Part shown: piece after piece, positions 12,658 through 44,659 of the stretch
Position numbering within the stretch: the stretch's first letter is position 1
Layout of the letters: the number at the start of each line of letters is the position of its first letter
Source of the DNA: Callorhinchus milii
Lineage: Eukaryota
Reading direction: 5' to 3'
DNA: 64,000 bases
Assembly (NCBI RefSeq): GCF_018977255.1
Contig: NW_024704747.1
Span: 27,032,001-27,096,000 of the forward strand
Program-made: the position numbers and the translations under genes
Notes under the pieces: generated by a model
Seen by the model: the letters and a program-made list of their open reading frames with translations, nothing else
Database searches by the model: none
What the model was told of the DNA's origin: nothing

Positions 12658-13030
12658 ACCCCCACCCCCGCCCCGCCCCGGGCCCCACCCCCCGCCCCCA
12701 CCCCCACCCCCCGCCCCGGCCCCGGACCCCGCCCTTACCTCTGCCCCCCGCCCCGGCCCCGGGCCCCGACCCCCACCCCGCATACACCCCCGCCCCACCC
12801 CCCACCCCCGCTCCCGCCCCCACACCACCCCCGCCCCCACCCGCCCCGCCCCCACCCCCACCCACCGCAACCCCCACCCCACCCCTACTTCCGCCCCCAC
12901 CTCCGCCCCCAACTCAGTCCCCGCCTCCACCCCGCCCCCCACCCACCCCACCCTACCTCCGCCCCACCTCCGTCCCCGCCTCCAACCCCAACCCCCCCCC
13001 GCCAACACCCCCGCCCCACCCCCGCCCCTC
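12658..13030. repeat. C-rich low-complexity tract upstream of BBS5 (G-quadruplex-prone on the minus strand); also at 30440-30830 and 31622-32011
   Basis: Dense C3-C8 runs separated by 1-3 nt. Confidence 0.9.
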
Positions 13031-13049
13031 CAGGGATAGTTGCTATAAT

Positions 13050-19447
<6,398 letters not shown>

Positions 19448-20998
19448 ATTTTTAGACCGCCTTTGTATTTATTTTATGGGTTTCTATAAGAGACTTATGT
19501 TTTGCGATGTGTCACTCAGTAAAGCTGCTTCTCAAGAATAAAGTCTTTGATTTTCAAAATTCCTTGTCATCTTTGTTATTTATCATTTGAAAAGCGCTAC
19601 TTTTGCAGGTTACATTGCTCAACACACTTGAGCTTAAAAAAACATACATTCCTAACTTTTGAATTGCATAGTTCATGTTGCTTAAGAATAGATGGTCCAT
19701 CGTGCTTTGAGTTTAATAGTAGTCTTCCAACAATATTCTAGACTGGATGGTCTTATAAGTTTATAGTTATGTTTAAGGTTCTGTATAAATGCCATTTTCT
19801 ACATTGTTAGGATGCTTAAGAGTAAAGTTGATCAACTGCTTGATGCTAAACGTGATCTGGAGTGATCACTGCTTTCGGGCTAATGTTGAGCAACTTAATT
19901 AAAATTCAACACGAAAGCGAATGATTCACCTAAATTTAAAATTCAAAGTATTATGCTCTATTGTTTTTTTGGTGGATTTATAATATTAAACAATTTTTGT
20001 TCAGTTTTCTCAATTTTGTTTTGAGATATTTTATAGGATATTTTCCTGTGGCGTTTATTTGCTTAAAAGAAAATATTTAGTACAGTTAACCTGAAGACTT
20101 CTATTTTAAACTTAGAATTGCTTCAAGCATTGATATTTTTTTTAAAAATCTGGCAAGGTTGGAGTGTAATAATTTCCCATGGAATTTTTATGTAATTAAG
20201 TCTTTGATTATTAATACAATTACAACTCAAACATATTATGGTCTTTAATATATAAAAGTGTTAACATTTGAAAAGCAGATGGTGAATCTATAATTACCTG
20301 AGGACTTCATTTCATGATGACTAATAGCCTGATGCATGTTTTAGTTGTCATGAGATTGTTGAAGTAACACAGTAATACATTTTAAATGTTAAAATTAATC
20401 CTCAGAACACTTTTAGTCTTTCATCAACACCCAAAGAGATTTGTGAGTAACTTTGGTAGCTGTAAGGTCTGACGTGGCCATTCACAATTCTGACTGTTTA
20501 GAAATTAGGCTTTACAACGTAAAATGTTCATGTTTCTTGGAATCACCTACTAGCTGGACTGATGTGTATAATTGTAATATAATAATGTGTATTGTTAGTT
20601 ACAGTATACACATCAGTGTATCTGCTGCACCTTGGGACGTCCTCCCGACGTGAAAGGCGCTCTATAAATGTAATTTTGTTGTTATTGTAATTTACTTAGT
20701 AACCGTTTCTATTGCTATTTCTGTCCTTATTGCCTGTCCGGTCCTGTCACTCTCAATTCGATCAGAGCTGCACAGTTGTTCCTTTCTGTCTGAAGCAGCT
20801 GCCAAATTGAGGTTTGCTTTCTCCATTGGCTAATCCTAAATTCCAAAGTGCAAGGATGTCTCTCTATATTTAGCTGGTGGGCTTAAATTTCAAGTACTTA
20901 ATGTGGAGCAAAGCACGTTGATCTGCCTTTTTCAGCCAGGACCTGAGTGCGGCTACCACCTGCCCTCTGTGACTTCCAGCACCCACTCTATCCACAGA

Positions 20999-21787
20999 AT
21001 GGACGCTCAAAAGGACATAAGGGAAGAATCTCGGCTCTACCAAACCACTCTGCTTCAGGATGGACTGAAAGAACTACTGGATGAGAACAAGTTTGTCGAC
21101 TGCTCTCTGAAAATCGGGACCAAGGCTTTTCCATGCCACCGTCTAATCCTGGCAGCCTGTAGCCCCTATTTCCGTGAGTATTTCTTTTCGGAGGAAAATA
21201 CGGAGGAGAAAAAGAAAGAGGTGGTTCTGGAAGATGTTGACCCGAATGTAATGGACCTGATCCTCAAATACCTGTATACTTCTGAGATCATTCTGAATGA
21301 TGAGAACGTGCAACATATTTTCGCTGTTGCCAGCCGGTTTCAGATCCCGTCGGTGTTCACAATGTGCGTTACATATCTTCAGAAAAGACTGGCTGTTAAT
21401 AACTGTCTGGCCATCTTCAGACTAGGACTTCTCCTTGACTGCCCACGGCTTGCTTTGGCCGCTCGCGAGTACGCCTCAGATCGTTTCGAACAAATCTCTA
21501 AAGAAGATGATTTCATGCAGCTCGCCCTACACGAATTTGTCAGCTTAATTGCAAGCGACTCCTTAAATGTAGAGAAGGAAGAGGTGGTCTTTGAAACGGT
21601 TATGAAGTGGGTCCAATCCGACAAGGAGAACAGGTTGAAACATTTGGGAGAGATCTTTGATTGCATTCGTTTCCGTCTTATGGCTGAGAAATACATCAAT
21701 GAACATGTGGAGAAGGACGCGATTATCAAGGCTGATCCCGAGCTGTTGAAAAAGGTTCAGATGATTAAGAATGCCTATGCTGGGAAA
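20999..21787 (+). pseudogene. KLHL41: Truncated KLHL41 exon 1 (copy 1), cut at the fold-back junction
   Basis: [23 protein letters not shown]..., BTB and BACK regions match 39978 onward, then switch to the reverse complement after ...KNAYAGK; probably not a real genomic copy. Confidence 0.8.
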
Positions 21788-22457
21788 ACGAATGCAATCA
21801 AAGATCTCTCCCAAATGTTTCAACCTGTTCTCCTTGTCGGATTGGACCCACTTCATAACCGTTTCAAAGACCACCTCTTCCTTCTCTACATTTAAGGAGT
21901 CGCTTGCAATTAAGCTGACAAATTCGTGTAGGCGAGCTGCATGAAATCATCTTCTTTAGAGATTTGTTCGAAACGATCTGAGGCGTACTCGCGAGCGGCC
22001 AAAGCAAGCCGTGGGCAGTCAAGGAGAAGTCCTAGTCTGAGATGGCCAGACAGTTATTAACAGCCAGTCTTTTCTGAAGATATGTAACGCACATTGTGAA
22101 CACCGACGGGATCTGAAACCGGCTGGCAACAGCGAAAATATGTTGCACGTTCTCATCATTCAGAATGATCTCAGAAGTATACAGGTATTTGAGGATCAGG
22201 TCCATTACATTCGGTCAACATCTTCCAGAACCACCTCTTTCTTTTTCTCCTCCGTATTTTCCTCCGAAAAGAAATACTCACGGAAATAGGGGCTACAGGC
22301 TGCCAGGATTAGACGGTGGCATGGAAAAAGCCTTGGTCCCGATTTTCAGAGAGCAGTCGACAAACTTGTTCTCATCCAGTAGTTCTTTCAGTCCATCCTG
22401 AAGCAGAGTGGTTTGGTAGAGCCGAGATTCTTCCCTTATGTCCTTTTGAGCGTCCAT
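21788..22457 (-). pseudogene. KLHL41: Inverted, frameshifted KLHL41 exon 1 fragment (copy 2)
   Basis: Reverse complement of 20999-21670 with several 1-bp homopolymer indels. Confidence 0.8.
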
Positions 22458-24010
22458 TCTGTGGATAGAGTGGGTGCTGGAAGTCACAGAGGGCAGGTGG
22501 TAGCCGCACTCAGGTCCTGGCTGAAAAAGCAGATCAACGTGCTTTGCTCCACATTAAGTACTTGAAATTTAAAGCCCACCAGCTAAATATAGAGAGACAT
22601 CCTTGCCACTTTGGAATTTAGGATTAGCCAATGGAGAAAGCAAACCTCAATTTGGCAGCTGCTTCAGACAGAAAGGAACAACTGTGCAGCTCTGATCGAA
22701 TTGAGAGTGACAGGACCGGACAGGCAATAAGGACAGAAATAGCAATAGAAACGGTTACTAAGTAAATTACAATAACAACAAAATTACATTTATAGAGCGC
22801 CTTTCACGTCGGGAGGACGTCCCAAGGTGCAGCAGATACACTGATGTGTATACTGTAACTAACAATACACATTATTATATTACAATTATACACATCAGTC
22901 CAGCTAGTAGGTGATTCCAAGAAACATGAACATTTTACGTTGTAAAGCCTAATTTCTAAACAGTCAGAATTGTGAATGGCCACGTCAGACCTTACAGCTA
23001 CCAAAGTTACTCACAAATCTCTTTGGGTGTTGATGAAAGACTAAAAGTGTTCTGAGGATTAATTTTAACATTTAAAATGTATTACTGTGTTACTTCAACA
23101 ATCTCATGACAACTAAAACATGCATCAGGCTATTAGTCATCATGAAATGAAGTCCTCAGGTAATTATAGATTCACCATCTGCTTTTCAAATGTTAACACT
23201 TTTATATATTAAAGACCATAATATGTTTGAGTTGTAATTGTATTAATAATCAAAGACTTAATTACATAAAAATTCCATGGGAAATTATTACACTCCAACC
23301 TTGCCAGATTTTTAAAAAAAATATCAATGCTTGAAGCAATTCTAAGTTTAAAATAGAAGTCTTCAGGTTAACTGTACTAAATATTTTCTTTTAAGCAAAT
23401 AAACGCCACAGGAAAATATCCTATAAAATATCTCAAAACAAAATTGAGAAAACTGAACAAAAATTGTTTAATATTATAAATCCACCAAAAAAACAATAGA
23501 GCATAATACTTTGAATTTTAAATTTAGGTGAATCATTCGCTTTCGTGTTGAATTTTAATTAAGTTGCTCAACATTAGCCCGAAAGCAGTGATCACTCCAG
23601 ATCACGTTTAGCATCAAGCAGTTGATCAACTTTACTCTTAAGCATCCTAACAATGTAGAAAATGGCATTTATACAGAACCTTAAACATAACTATAAACTT
23701 ATAAGACCATCCAGTCTAGAATATTGTTGGAAGACTACTATTAAACTCAAAGCACGAATGGACCATCTATTCTTAAGCAACATGAACTATGCAATTCAAA
23801 AGTTAGGAATGTATGTTTTTTTAAGCTCAAGTGTGTTGAGCAATGTAACCTGCAAAAGTAGCGCTTTTCAAATGATAAATAACAAAGATGACAAGGAATT
23901 TTGAAAATCAAAGACTTTATTCTTGAGAAGCAGCTTTACTGAGTGACACATCGCAAAACATAAGTCTCTTATAGAAACCCATAAAATAAATACAAAGGCG
24001 GTCTAAAAAT

Positions 24011-29993
<5,983 letters not shown>

Positions 29994-31173
29994 GGCCCCC
30001 GGCCCCGGGCTCCGGCCATCACATCACCATGGCAACCGGCCGGCAGGCAGCGACACCCCCCCCGGCCGGCCAGGGAACCGCCGCTCACCGCGCCGACAGC
30101 GCCTCCGCTGGCCGGGCAGGGAACTGCAGCCCGCCGCCGAGGTTGCAGCGCCGCCACCGCCCTGGGGCGGGATGTGGCGCTGCCGCTGACCGCAACGACG
30201 CCGCCTCCACTGGCTGGATCTGGTACTGCAAGTGGCCACCGGTTGCGCTGCCTCCAGGGAACCGCAAACGGCCCCCAATGACCGACCGACTGCGGACGGT
30301 GGTTTTCGCCCACAAAGTACGCAGTCACTACACTTCACGGTATATCTTGCGAAGCGCCTTTGAGACGCCTCGACAGCGCGGATCAGGCGCTGCATCAAAC
30401 ACAAGGATTATTGTTATTATTATAGCAACTATCCCTGGAGGGGCGGGGGTGGGGGGGTGGGGCGGGGTGTTGGCGGGGGCGGGGGTGGGGTTGGAGGCGG
30501 GGACGGAGGTGGGGGCGGAGGTAGGGGGGTGGGGGGGGGCGGGGGCGGGGCGGGGACTGAGGGGGCGGAGGTGGGGCGGAAGTAGGGTGGGGTGGGGTTG
30601 CGGTGGTGGGGGTGGGGGCGGGGCGGGGGGCGGGGGTGGTGTGGGGCGGGGAGCGGGGGTGGGGGGGTGGGGCGGGGGTGTATGCGGGGTGGGGGTCGGG
30701 GCCCGGGCCGGGCGGGGGGCAGAGGTAAGGGCGGGGTCCGGGGCCGGGGTGGGGGTGGGGGGCCGGGGGCGGGGTGGGGGGGGCCGGGGGCGGGGGGTGG
30801 GGGTGGGGCCCGGGGCGGGGTGGGGGTGTCCCAGGTACTATGTTTGGCAACGGAATGTGAACGTCATGTCATTCCTCTGTGACAGTCTTGGTCGTCCAGT
30901 TCCTGAGCCTTAAGTCATGGATACAAATAATAATAAAATAATAATAATAATATAATAATAATAAACCCGGCACTTGATATAGCACAAATGGTTCAGTTGC
31001 AGTCCACGGGTTACAGACCACCTGTACAGGGCGGCTGGACATGAAATAGCTTTTTCGAATAGTAAAGCTTTGTAACTGGATAAAAAAAATAGGTAAATAG
31101 GATTTAATCTGATCAGGGGTTTGATTTAAATACACCCCGTTATTTGCTTGTCGATCTCATTGCTGATCGTTGC

Positions 31174-31203
31174 NNNNNNNNNNNNNNNNNNNNNNNNNNN
31201 NNN
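31174..31203. other. Assembly gap (30 N)
   Basis: Run of 30 n, followed by 71 bp (31204-31274) that do not match the flank of copy 1. Confidence 0.99.
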
Positions 31204-32453
31204 TCATCTCTTTTGAATACCTGTACAATCACTCTACATGCTAGTCAAATTGTCCAGAGCCAGTTGCGGTTGCTTGCAACGATCAGCAATGAGATCGACA
31301 AGCAAATAACTGGGTGTATGTAAATCAAACCCCTGATCAGATTAAATCCTATTTATCTATTTTTTTTATTCAGTTACAAAGCTTTACTATTCGAAAAAGC
31401 TATTTCATGTCCAGCCGCCCTGTACAGGTGGTCTGTAACCCGTGGACTGCAACTGAACCATTTGTGCTGTATCAAGTGCCGGGTTTATTATTATTATATT
31501 ATTATTATTATTTTATTATTATTTGTATCCATGACTTAAGGCTCAGGAACTGGACGACCAAGACTGTCACAGAGGAATGACATGACGTTCACATTCCGTT
31601 GCCAAACATAGTACCTGGGACACCCCCACCCCGCCCCGGGCCCCACCCCCACCCCCCGCCCCCGGCCCCCCCCACCCCGCCCCCGGCCCCCCACCCCCAC
31701 CCCGCCCCCGGGACCCCGCCCTTACCTCTGCCCCCCGCCCGGCCCGGGCCCCGACCCCCACCCCGCATACACCCCCGCCCCACCCCCCACCCCCGCTCCC
31801 CGCCCCCACACCACCCCCGCCCCCACCCGCCCCGCCCCCACCCCCACCACCGCAACCCCACCCCACCCCTACTTCCGCCCCACCTCCGCCCCACCTCAGT
31901 CCCCGCCTCCCCCCCGCCCCCCACCCACCCCACCCCTACCTCGCCCCCACCTCCGTCCCCGCCTCCAACCCCACCCCCGCCCCCGCCAACACCCCCCCAC
32001 CCCCGCCCCTCCAGGGATAGTTGCTATAATAATAACAATAATCCTTGTGTTTGATGCAGCGCCTGATCCCGCTGTCGAGGCGTCTCCAAGGCGCTTCGCA
32101 AGATATACCGTGAAGTGTAGTGACTGCGTACTTTTGGGCGAAAACCACCGTCCGCAGTCGGTCGGTCATTGGGGGCCGTTTGCGGTTCCCTGGAGGCAGC
32201 GCAACCGGTGGCCACCTGCAGTACCAGATCCAGCCAGTGGAGGCGGCGTCGTTGCGGTCAGCGGCAGCGCCACATCCCGCCCCCAGGGCGGTGGCGGCGC
32301 TGCAACCTCCGGCGGGCTGCAGTTCCCTGCCCGGCCAGCGGAGGCGCTGTCGGCGCGGTGAGCGGCGGTTCCCTGGCCGGCCCGGGGGGGGTGTCGCTGC
32401 CTGCCGGCCGGTTGCCATGGTGATGTGATGGCCGGAGCCCGGGGCCGGGGGCC

Positions 32454-38425
<5,972 letters not shown>

Positions 38426-39744
38426 ATTTTTAGACCGCCTTTGTATTTATTTTATGGGTTTCTATAAGAGACTTATGTTTTGCGATGTGTCACTCAGTAA
38501 AGCTGCTTCTCAAGAATAAAGTCTTTGATTTTCAAAATTCCTTGTCATCTTTGTTATTTATCATTTGAAAAGCGCTACTTTTGCAGGTTACATTGCTCAA
38601 CACACTTGAGCTTAAAAAAACATACATTCCTAACTTTTGAATTGCATAGTTCATGTTGCTTAAGAATAGATGGTCCATTCGTGCTTTGAGTTTAATAGTA
38701 GTCTTCCAACAATATTCTAGACTGGATGGTCTTATAAGTTTATAGTTATGTTTAAGGTTCTGTATAAATGCCATTTTCTACATTGTTAGGATGCTTAAGA
38801 GTAAAGTTGATCAACTGCTTGATGCTAAACGTGATCTGGAGTGATCACTGCTTTCGGGCTAATGTTGAGCAACTTAATTAAAATTCAACACGAAAGCGAA
38901 TGATTCACCTAAATTTAAAATTCAAAGTATTATGCTCTATTGTTTTTTTGGTGGATTTATAATATTAAACAATTTTTGTTCAGTTTTCTCAATTTTGTTT
39001 TGAGATATTTTATAGGATATTTTCCTGTGGCGTTTATTTGCTTAAAAGAAAATATTTAGTACAGTTAACCTGAAGACTTCTATTTTAAACTTAGAATTGC
39101 TTCAAGCATTGATATTTTTTTTAAAAATCTGGCAAGGTTGGAGTGTAATAATTTCCCATGGAATTTTTATGTAATTAAGTCTTTGATTATTAATACAATT
39201 ACAACTCAAACATATTATGGTCTTTAATATATAAAAGTGTTAACATTTGAAAAGCAGATGGTGAATCTATAATTACCTGAGGACTTCATTTCATGATGAC
39301 TAATAGCCTGATGCATGTTTTAGTTGTCATGAGATTGTTGAAGTAACACAGTAATACATTTTAAATGTTAAAATTAATCCTCAGAACACTTTTAGTCTTT
39401 CATCAACACCCAAAGAGATTTGTGAGTAACTTTGGTAGCTGTAAGGTCTGACGTGGCCATTCACAATTCTGACTGTTTAGAAATTAGGCTTTACAACGTA
39501 AAATGTTCATGTTTCTTGGAATCACCTACTAGCTGGACTGATGTGTATAATTGTAATATAATAATGTGTATTGTTAGTTACAGTATACACATCAGTGTAT
39601 CTGCTGCACCTTGGGACGTCCTCCCGACGTGAAAGGCGCTCTATAAATGTAATTTTGTTGTTATTGTAATTTACTTAGTAACCGTTTCTATTGCTATTTC
39701 TGTCCTTATTGCCTGTCCGGTCCTGTCACTCTCAATTCGATCAG

Positions 39745-39870
39745 AGCTGCACAGTTGTTCCTTTCTGTCTGAAGCAGCTGCCAAATTGAGGTTTGCTTTC
39801 TCCATTGGCTAATCCTAAATTCCAAAGTGCAAGGATGTCTCTCTATATTTAGCTGGTGGGCTTAAATTTC
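39745..39870 (+). promoter_or_regulatory. Muscle-type proximal promoter of KLHL41 (also at ~20766-20890)
   Basis: E-boxes CAGTTG (~39752) and CAGCTG (39775-39780), inverted CCAAT, exact MEF2 consensus CTATATTTAG (39843-39852), TATA-like cttaaat ~115 bp before the ATG. Confidence 0.7.
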
Positions 39871-39977
39871 AAGTACTTAATGTGGAGCAAAGCACGTTGA
39901 TCTGCCTTTTTCAGCCAGGACCTGAGTGCGGCTACCACCTGCCCTCTGTGACTTCCAGCACCCACTCTATCCACAGA

Positions 39978-42900
39978 ATGGACGCTCAAAAGGACATAAG
40001 GGAAGAATCTCGGCTCTACCAAACCACTCTGCTTCAGGATGGACTGAAAGAACTACTGGATGAGAACAAGTTTGTCGACTGCTCTCTGAAAATCGGGACC
40101 AAGGCTTTTCCATGCCACCGTCTAATCCTGGCAGCCTGTAGCCCCTATTTCCGTGAGTATTTCTTTTCGGAGGAAAATACGGAGGAGAAAAAGAAAGAGG
40201 TGGTTCTGGAAGATGTTGACCCGAATGTAATGGACCTGATCCTCAAATACCTGTATACTTCTGAGATCATTCTGAATGATGAGAACGTGCAACATATTTT
40301 CGCTGTTGCCAGCCGGTTTCAGATCCCGTCGGTGTTCACAATGTGCGTTACATATCTTCAGAAAAGACTGGCTGTTAATAACTGTCTGGCCATCTTCAGA
40401 CTAGGACTTCTCCTTGACTGCCCACGGCTTGCTTTGGCCGCTCGCGAGTACGCCTCAGATCGTTTCGAACAAATCTCTAAAGAAGATGATTTCATGCAGC
40501 TCGCCCTACACGAATTTGTCAGCTTAATTGCAAGCGACTCCTTAAATGTAGAGAAGGAAGAGGTGGTCTTTGAAACGGTTATGAAGTGGGTCCAATCCGA
40601 CAAGGAGAACAGGTTGAAACATTTGGGAGAGATCTTTGATTGCATTCGTTTCCGTCTTATGGCTGAGAAATACATCAAGGAACATGTGGAGAAGGACGCG
40701 ATTATCAAGGCTGATCCCGAGCTGTTGAAAAAGGTGCAGATGATTAAGAATGCCTTTGCTGGGAAACTTCCCGAGCCTACCAAAGACAAAGGAAAAGCCG
40801 ATAAGAAAGGAGCGGCCGGTGACGACTCAGCAAATAACGACGTGGGGGAAGAGGATCTGCTCCCTGGTTTCCTGAATGACATTCCCAGACATGGCATGTT
40901 CGTCAAAGAAATGATCTTCTTTGTTAATGATACAGCAGCAGTGGCATATGATCCAAACCTCAATCAGTGCTTTCTGGCAGCCATGGATGATCAGATTCCC
41001 AAGAACCATGTCAGTATAGTGACAAAGGAAAACCGAATCTTTGTTATTGGTGGGTTATATATTGACGAAGAAATCAAAGACCACCCTTACCACTCTTACT
41101 TTTTTCAGGTACGTAAATCCTGCTAATTCTGAAGTTAAATTGTAAATTGACTGTTATAATTCAGAATTTAATTGCAACAGATCGAAACGTACTATTTCCT
41201 GCAGTCAGAATTAAAAAAAGATGAGAAATCCAAATTAGATTTTTTGTGAACAATTTTGTTAATCATTCACATAGAATGTACGAATATTTCATAACCCAAT
41301 TTACTCCTTTCTTGTTTTCTATTGTGTAACTAATACGCTTTCACAGATATGTGAATAACCCTCGGCCAAACTCCGAACATAATTTTTAATGCTACAAAGT
41401 ACATGTGTAAAATGTGGCATCACCAACATCTCATTGGATCTCTCAACCTATATATGTAGATCGAACTGTAGAGTTTGGGGATTTTACATTCACGTGTTTT
41501 ATACTTCAGTTTGACAGCATTTCCGGTGAGTGGAATGGTTTACCACCACTGCCTTCAGCCAGGATCCTCTTCAGCGTGGGAGAAGCCGAGAATCACCTTT
41601 ACGTGATTTGTGGTAAAGATCTTCAAAGTGAAGAGTCTCTGGATTCAGTCATGTGCTACGACTTGAAGTACGTTCATGCTGTTTCCTTTCGAACCATGTG
41701 TTAGCATTTTGATATGCGCGTAGAACAACTCGTTATTGCGTGCAATATTGCCTGTTAACATGTATGAAGATACACACATTCGTTAGAAATGGTTTGCGAT
41801 TAAGCAGAGTTATTCTTTTTTTCATATTCGTTGAATAGTATCGGTGCAACAGTCATTTCTCATTTGAATATTAGATGAATAAGCACTACCAGATAACTGA
41901 GCACAGCTGCATCAGAACTTGATCCCGGTAACAGTTGGGAACACAGAAAGATTTTGAGATTTCCCACAGCGAGCTACATGTTCTTAACTTAATTATGTTC
42001 AGCAACTGGTAGTTAACTCTTCCAAGGGATAGCATTGGAGGCAATGCCCGCTGTCTGGGAGATGGTTTGCAGAGGCGGTTTGAAAGGTTTCACCGCTGTA
42101 TTCGGCTGCAGTTTGAGTTAGTATCAAACTGGAAGGTGTAGCAGTTCTTTGCAAAACAAGGCCTCAACAAGACCGATTCTTGGTGCTGCTCAAGTTATAA
42201 TCGGATCAACAACAACAACTTGCATTTATATAGCGCCCTTCAAACGGGTTAGTGTTCAGGAGCGCCTCAATCGTTGTCTTTTCAAAACTCTTTTAACGGA
42301 CAGATTCTGACAGGATTCTGGTTCGATTGTGCAAAAATCTGGGAAGAAGTGATGTATTTTCATGTTCCAGATAATCAGATCACATATTATTGTGATTGAT
42401 ATGCAGAACCTTCTCATTTTCCTAGGTTCCCATTAGCTTTTATATGATTGTCAGTAATCTTGTAATCAGGATCAAACTTGTCTCTTCTGCGAATATGCGC
42501 TTGGATTATACAATAGTTGATGAGCGGAAAAGACTGGTTCCTCAGATGTTGTTTTGAAATCTTAGAAGCTTTAACAGTTAGACCAGGAACTTTTTAGGAT
42601 TACATTTTAAATAAATTTAAGGTTCTTCTGCTGATTTGAATCAGTCAGTTGGGTTCATACACTTCAATATAATCCGATTTTGGATTGCTTCAGTGTGACA
42701 TTTAACAATTCCATCTTGGAGGCAGAGGACAGGACTCCTTTCTTCTCAAGCGAAGGCATAGTTGTCTGGAGTTGGTTAGAAACCAATCGATTTCCCATCA
42801 ATCATTGGAGTGTATTTGACACAAATGCAGACTGTATCTGTGTTTGGTTTTGCCGTCAAGTTATCAATAGGATTTAACAAATTTAGACTTAGTAATGGAA

Positions 42901-44415
42901 ATCGGTTTCTCTGCCTTTTGTAAGACTGATCTTTCTTATCATCTTCTAAAACCTTCCCACTTTTGGCTAAAGGTTAGCTCACATCTTTCATGAAGCCAGG
43001 ACTATAGGTCAGTATTCTTAAATGTGAAAAACACATTACCTTAATCCACAAAGCACATTAGTCAGTATCAGATTTAATGATGGATTTATTTTCTTTCAGA
43101 GCACTGAAATGGAGTGATTGTAAAGCATTCCCACTTAAAATTTATGGTCATTCTGTGGTTTCATACAACGGATTAGTCTATGTTATTGGTGGGAAAACTG
43201 ACGACACGTAAGTACTAATCATATCACCCAAAGTTATAGATTATTTCCAAATTGATGTATTTCAACATTTTTAATGATAATTCTGTTGTGCCCTACAGTA
43301 AATGTTTGAGCAAGCTGTTTGTGTACAACCCAAAGAAATCTGAGTGGAGAGAGCTAGCAGCCATGAAGACAGCTCGTTCCATGTTTGGAGCTGCTGTGCA
43401 TAAAGGCAAGATATGGGTGGTTGGAGGGGTCACTGATGAGGGCTTGACAGCTGCAACTGAGACCTATGACATCCTGAATAACAAGTGAGTAAAAACAAAA
43501 TCAAAACAGTCTTTGTGCAGCTTTGGTGATGAGCTTGTTTTCAAATAAACTTTAATCAAATACTCTTAGCAGACCTTTTAAGCAGTTATTCCTGATATAC
43601 AACCTATCATTATCTGACATGTGAAACCCTTGAGAATAAAGCAAATCACATTTTTATCATCAGCTCTAGTTCTTTAATCTTTAAAGTTGTAAAAATGTTT
43701 GTCGTACTTAGTTACTTATTTTTAATTATTCTCATAAGTCTGTGCCTTGTGATATTGTAGAAGCTGCAGAATTCAATTTACCTTAATTAGCAACTGAGCT
43801 GAAAGTGCAATCCATGACTGTTTGTGGGACAATGCTGTGTGCAATTCACTGCCATGTTTCACCCACAAAATATACAGTCAATTCACTTTGCAGTATACTC
43901 TGAAGTGCTTTAAGACTGCTCAACAATGTGATAAGGCGCTATATCAAATGCAAGGAATATTATTATCAAAGGGATCACTTGTAGAAACAGACATGGTTCA
44001 GAAAGTAACAGATGTAATACATGTACCAAACCCCAATAACCTGAGAATTCTTGTTTGACTACTGCAGGTGGGAAACGGTGGCTGAATTCCTACAGGAGAG
44101 AAGCTCCATCAATGTGCTCAGTATGGGAGGATCACTATATGCCATTGGAGGGTTTGCCATGATTCAGTTGGAAAATAAAGAATTTTCTCCCTCAGAAATC
44201 ACAGATGTGTGGAAGTAAGTTAAATGTAAAACTAATTTCACATGAACATTTAGGGTGAAATGTTATACTCTAAAGCAATAGCTAACTAAATGTGTTTTTT
44301 CAGATATGAAGATGACAAGAAGGAATGGTGTGGCTTGCTGAGAGAAATCACCTACGCTTCAGGAGCCACCTGTCTGGCTGTGCGCCTCAACATGTTTAGA
44401 CTCACTAAATTATAA
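39978..44415 (+). CDS. KLHL41: Kelch-like protein 41 (KBTBD10/sarcosin), BTB-BACK-Kelch; intact
   Basis: Six exons 39978-41108, 41510-41667, 43100-43207, 43299-43484, 44068-44214, 44304-44415 = 1842 nt, 613 aa; [26 protein letters not shown], Kelch GG motifs, C-terminus [10 protein letters not shown]; position between BBS5 and FASTKD1 favours KLHL41 over KLHL40. Confidence 0.95.
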
Positions 44416-44659
44416 GCTATTTCAGTTGCATCGTGAATTTATTGCCATTGACTACAGCTATTGTACATTATGGTGTGTCATGGAACTATACAGTTATTCA
44501 CTAATTCATTTTCACAACTCAAGTTACTACTTGGCAATGATTCCCCTTTGTTACTAAATAGTATTATCGGATACCGGATGGTATTATCATTGAAGGTACA
44601 GTGAATCCAGGCCAGGGTGCAGTGAAGGGAGTTAACGTTTAGGATTTGCATGCAAAAGA

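Noticed and set aside
20903-21895. 330-aa ORF that looks like a novel BTB-BACK protein with a new C-terminus
   Set aside because: The tail is antisense KLHL41 read through the fold-back junction, and the N-terminal extension starts at a GTG in the 5'UTR.
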